A DNA stretch of 64,000 nt from Eledone cirrhosa (lineage: Eukaryota): positions 27,032,001-27,096,000 of the forward strand of contig OZ024762.1 in assembly GCA_964016885.1 (NCBI GenBank). The letters are read 5' to 3'. Position numbers and translations under genes: made by a program. This document shows, one piece after another, positions 61,609 through 64,000 of the stretch; position 1 is the first letter of the stretch; every line of letters begins with the position of its first letter. The notes below the pieces were generated by a model. It had not been told where the DNA came from and did no database searches. It saw only the letters and a list, made by a program, of their open reading frames with translations.

Positions 61609-61729
61609 TTATTCTGATGAAATGACAGTTGATAATAACATTGAAATATTGAATGTCTGCATAACTAATACTTTGTAGATAGCAGCTGTTTTCAGGTTAT
61701 GTAAATGTTATTGAAACACGGGTCAATAA
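61609..61729 (+). ncRNA. Hammerhead family J (second copy)
   Basis: As above, but loop III reads ACGG, so the palindrome is broken. Confidence 0.6.
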
Positions 61730-61869
61730 ATTCCTTTTAACTAAACTGTATCCATTTAAATCCTTCTATTTTTCTCCGGATTACTTTTGGAACTAAAACT
61801 GGAACCGTCGAGCAAACTCTACGTGAGCTGTCCATCGACTGTGTGTAATATTTATATTACAACACTACG

Positions 61870-61874
61870 GAAAA

Positions 61875-61911
<37 letters not shown>

Positions 61912-62001
61912 AACATATATACGCATACACACACATATATATACTGTATAAATATATTTATATATATACACACATACACGTACATATATACAGACACACA
62001 C

Positions 62002-62086
<85 letters not shown>

Positions 62087-62338
62087 ATATGTACGTGCAT
62101 GTGTGTATATATATAAATATATACATATATATTTACACATATATTACATATATATACACATACACAGATACATATACACCCATATATACACACGAACACA
62201 CATATTATATATATTTCTTATACACATATATACACATACCACATATATATATACTACATATATGCACACACATATATATATATATACACACATACCACAT
62301 ATATACATACACCAAACACATATATACATATTATACAA

Positions 62339-62369
<31 letters not shown>

Positions 62370-63360
62370 CACACACGCACATATATATGTTTATATATAC
62401 ATATATATATACACACATACCAATACACACTAAACATACATATATATTATACATATCTTGTACATACACATATATACATATATATATATATATAACTCAC
62501 ATACATACAAATATATATTTTCTACATACGTACATACATATACATATAAACATACACACACACATACATACAAATACATATATATATATATCTTATACAT
62601 ATATATATATACATATATTTCAAACACATATATATATACACATACATATATTTTTTCTACATACACATTTATATATATACTTATATCATATACACACCCC
62701 ATATATATATATTTTTTATTCACATATACCATGCATACATGTTATATCCTATACATATACCACACATATATCATATACATCATATATATACACTATACAT
62801 ATCCTACATACATATTATATATATCTCCCACATATATACACACATACATATATATATATATATATCCCATATACACACATATATATTTTATACATACATA
62901 CACACATACATATAGACACACATATATACATACACACACACGTACATACATATACATACATATACACATATATATATATATATTCTCCACACATTTTATA
63001 TACACATTCATACATATATACCATATAAATATTCCATATTATATTCCATATAAACACATTTTATACCTCCTACATATATATATATATTTTACATATACAT
63101 ATATATATACTACATACATATACATATACATATAAATATATTATACACATATCCACACATACATCTCCACACACACACATAGATATGTATATACACACAT
63201 ATCTATCTCACACATACGCACGTGCATACATACACACATATATAAATACACACACACACATATGCACACATACACATAAACATGTACACATATATCTGTA
63301 TACCTACAGGCACATATATAAAAAACACATCTATACATACATATATCTACACACACATCC
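61870..63360. repeat. Degenerate (TA)/(CA) low-complexity tract
   Basis: Direct reading. Confidence 0.9.
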
Positions 63361-63429
63361 ACTCAAGTGTTTAAGTTCATACATACATTGGTGTGGGAAA
63401 GTGGAAATTAATGAAATGTTATTGTACCT

Positions 63430-64000
63430 CTGAGGGTTTTTCTTCTCTTCAGCGATCGAATGTTTGAAAGTACGGATGTCATCAACTATTTTTCTTTTTC
63501 AATATGAGATTTTTTTAAAGAAAAAAGAGTGGGGAGAATCCCATTATTTGAAAATGGAATATCACTTTTTGTGTTCAGTCGTGGTTTGTATTTTCTAATA
63601 AAGAATTCTTCTTTATATTTTCGGAAGTGTTCGTTGTCCGACCATATCTTAAAGATGGGGAAAATTGTGAAATTTCCCTTTCCACATGTTGCGAAGTGTG
63701 GTGTTTCTGACAGAGGGGTCTCTAATTTGTTGTTTATATACTCGAACTCTGTCATGTAGGCCCATTCCGGTTTCACCAATGTAATATTCTTTACACTGTG
63801 GGCAGGTTGCACAGTAAATCAAGTTTTTTTGTTTTGCAATTCATGTTTGCATTAACTGGTTGTTTTTAAAGGAGATTTGTCGCAAGTTCCACATCGAGGG
63901 TCCCCGCATTTCTGCCTTGGTAAGCAGTTTCTTTAGGTTGGATGCTTAGCGTCTACTATATATAATTTGTGCATCTTTTATGAGTGCATTCATTTTGGGG
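63430..64000 (-). mobile_element. Neptune-like PLE 3' end (Cys linker and GIY-YIG), runs off the window
   Basis: CGDPRCGTC linker; C-terminal RKYKEEFFIRKYKPRLN; similar to 21100-21500. Confidence 0.7.

Larger units (their letters stand above)
56944..61790. mobile_element. PLE (YRDD-type) present as two diverging copies: minus 56944-59520, plus 59525-61790
   Basis: MGSNDSAE, GIYRDD, FLDV; identical GIY-YIG ORFs at 57924-58247(-) and 60424-60747(+); ~2.2-kb arms. Confidence 0.9.

Overview
AT-rich, repeat-saturated animal DNA with no recognisable host gene. The SINE family and the dense (TA)n/(CA)n/(ACAT)n microsatellites suggest a cephalopod such as Octopus (inference). Contents: fragments of many Penelope-like elements (PLEs; RT + C-terminal GIY-YIG), RTE LINE pieces (one with a twin-priming-type inversion, present twice), two R4/Dong-like RT-RLE retrotransposons, a decayed RepHel Helitron, a non-autonomous Helitron, tRNA-type SINEs and many fold-back duplications. 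Reading by eye gives about 29 type I hammerhead ribozyme (HHR) motifs in about 10 sequence families, most in PLE pseudo-LTRs. The main candidate system is a non-coding 466-bp tandem array at 43198-45750. Each complete unit carries one minimal HHR with a palindromic stem III and folds almost entirely into hairpins, so it looks like a retrozyme/circular-RNA-type element. It lies at the centre of a 5.4-kb palindrome. Structures and coordinates were derived by eye; no folding or database search was run. Most ORFs in the supplied track are microsatellite artefacts.
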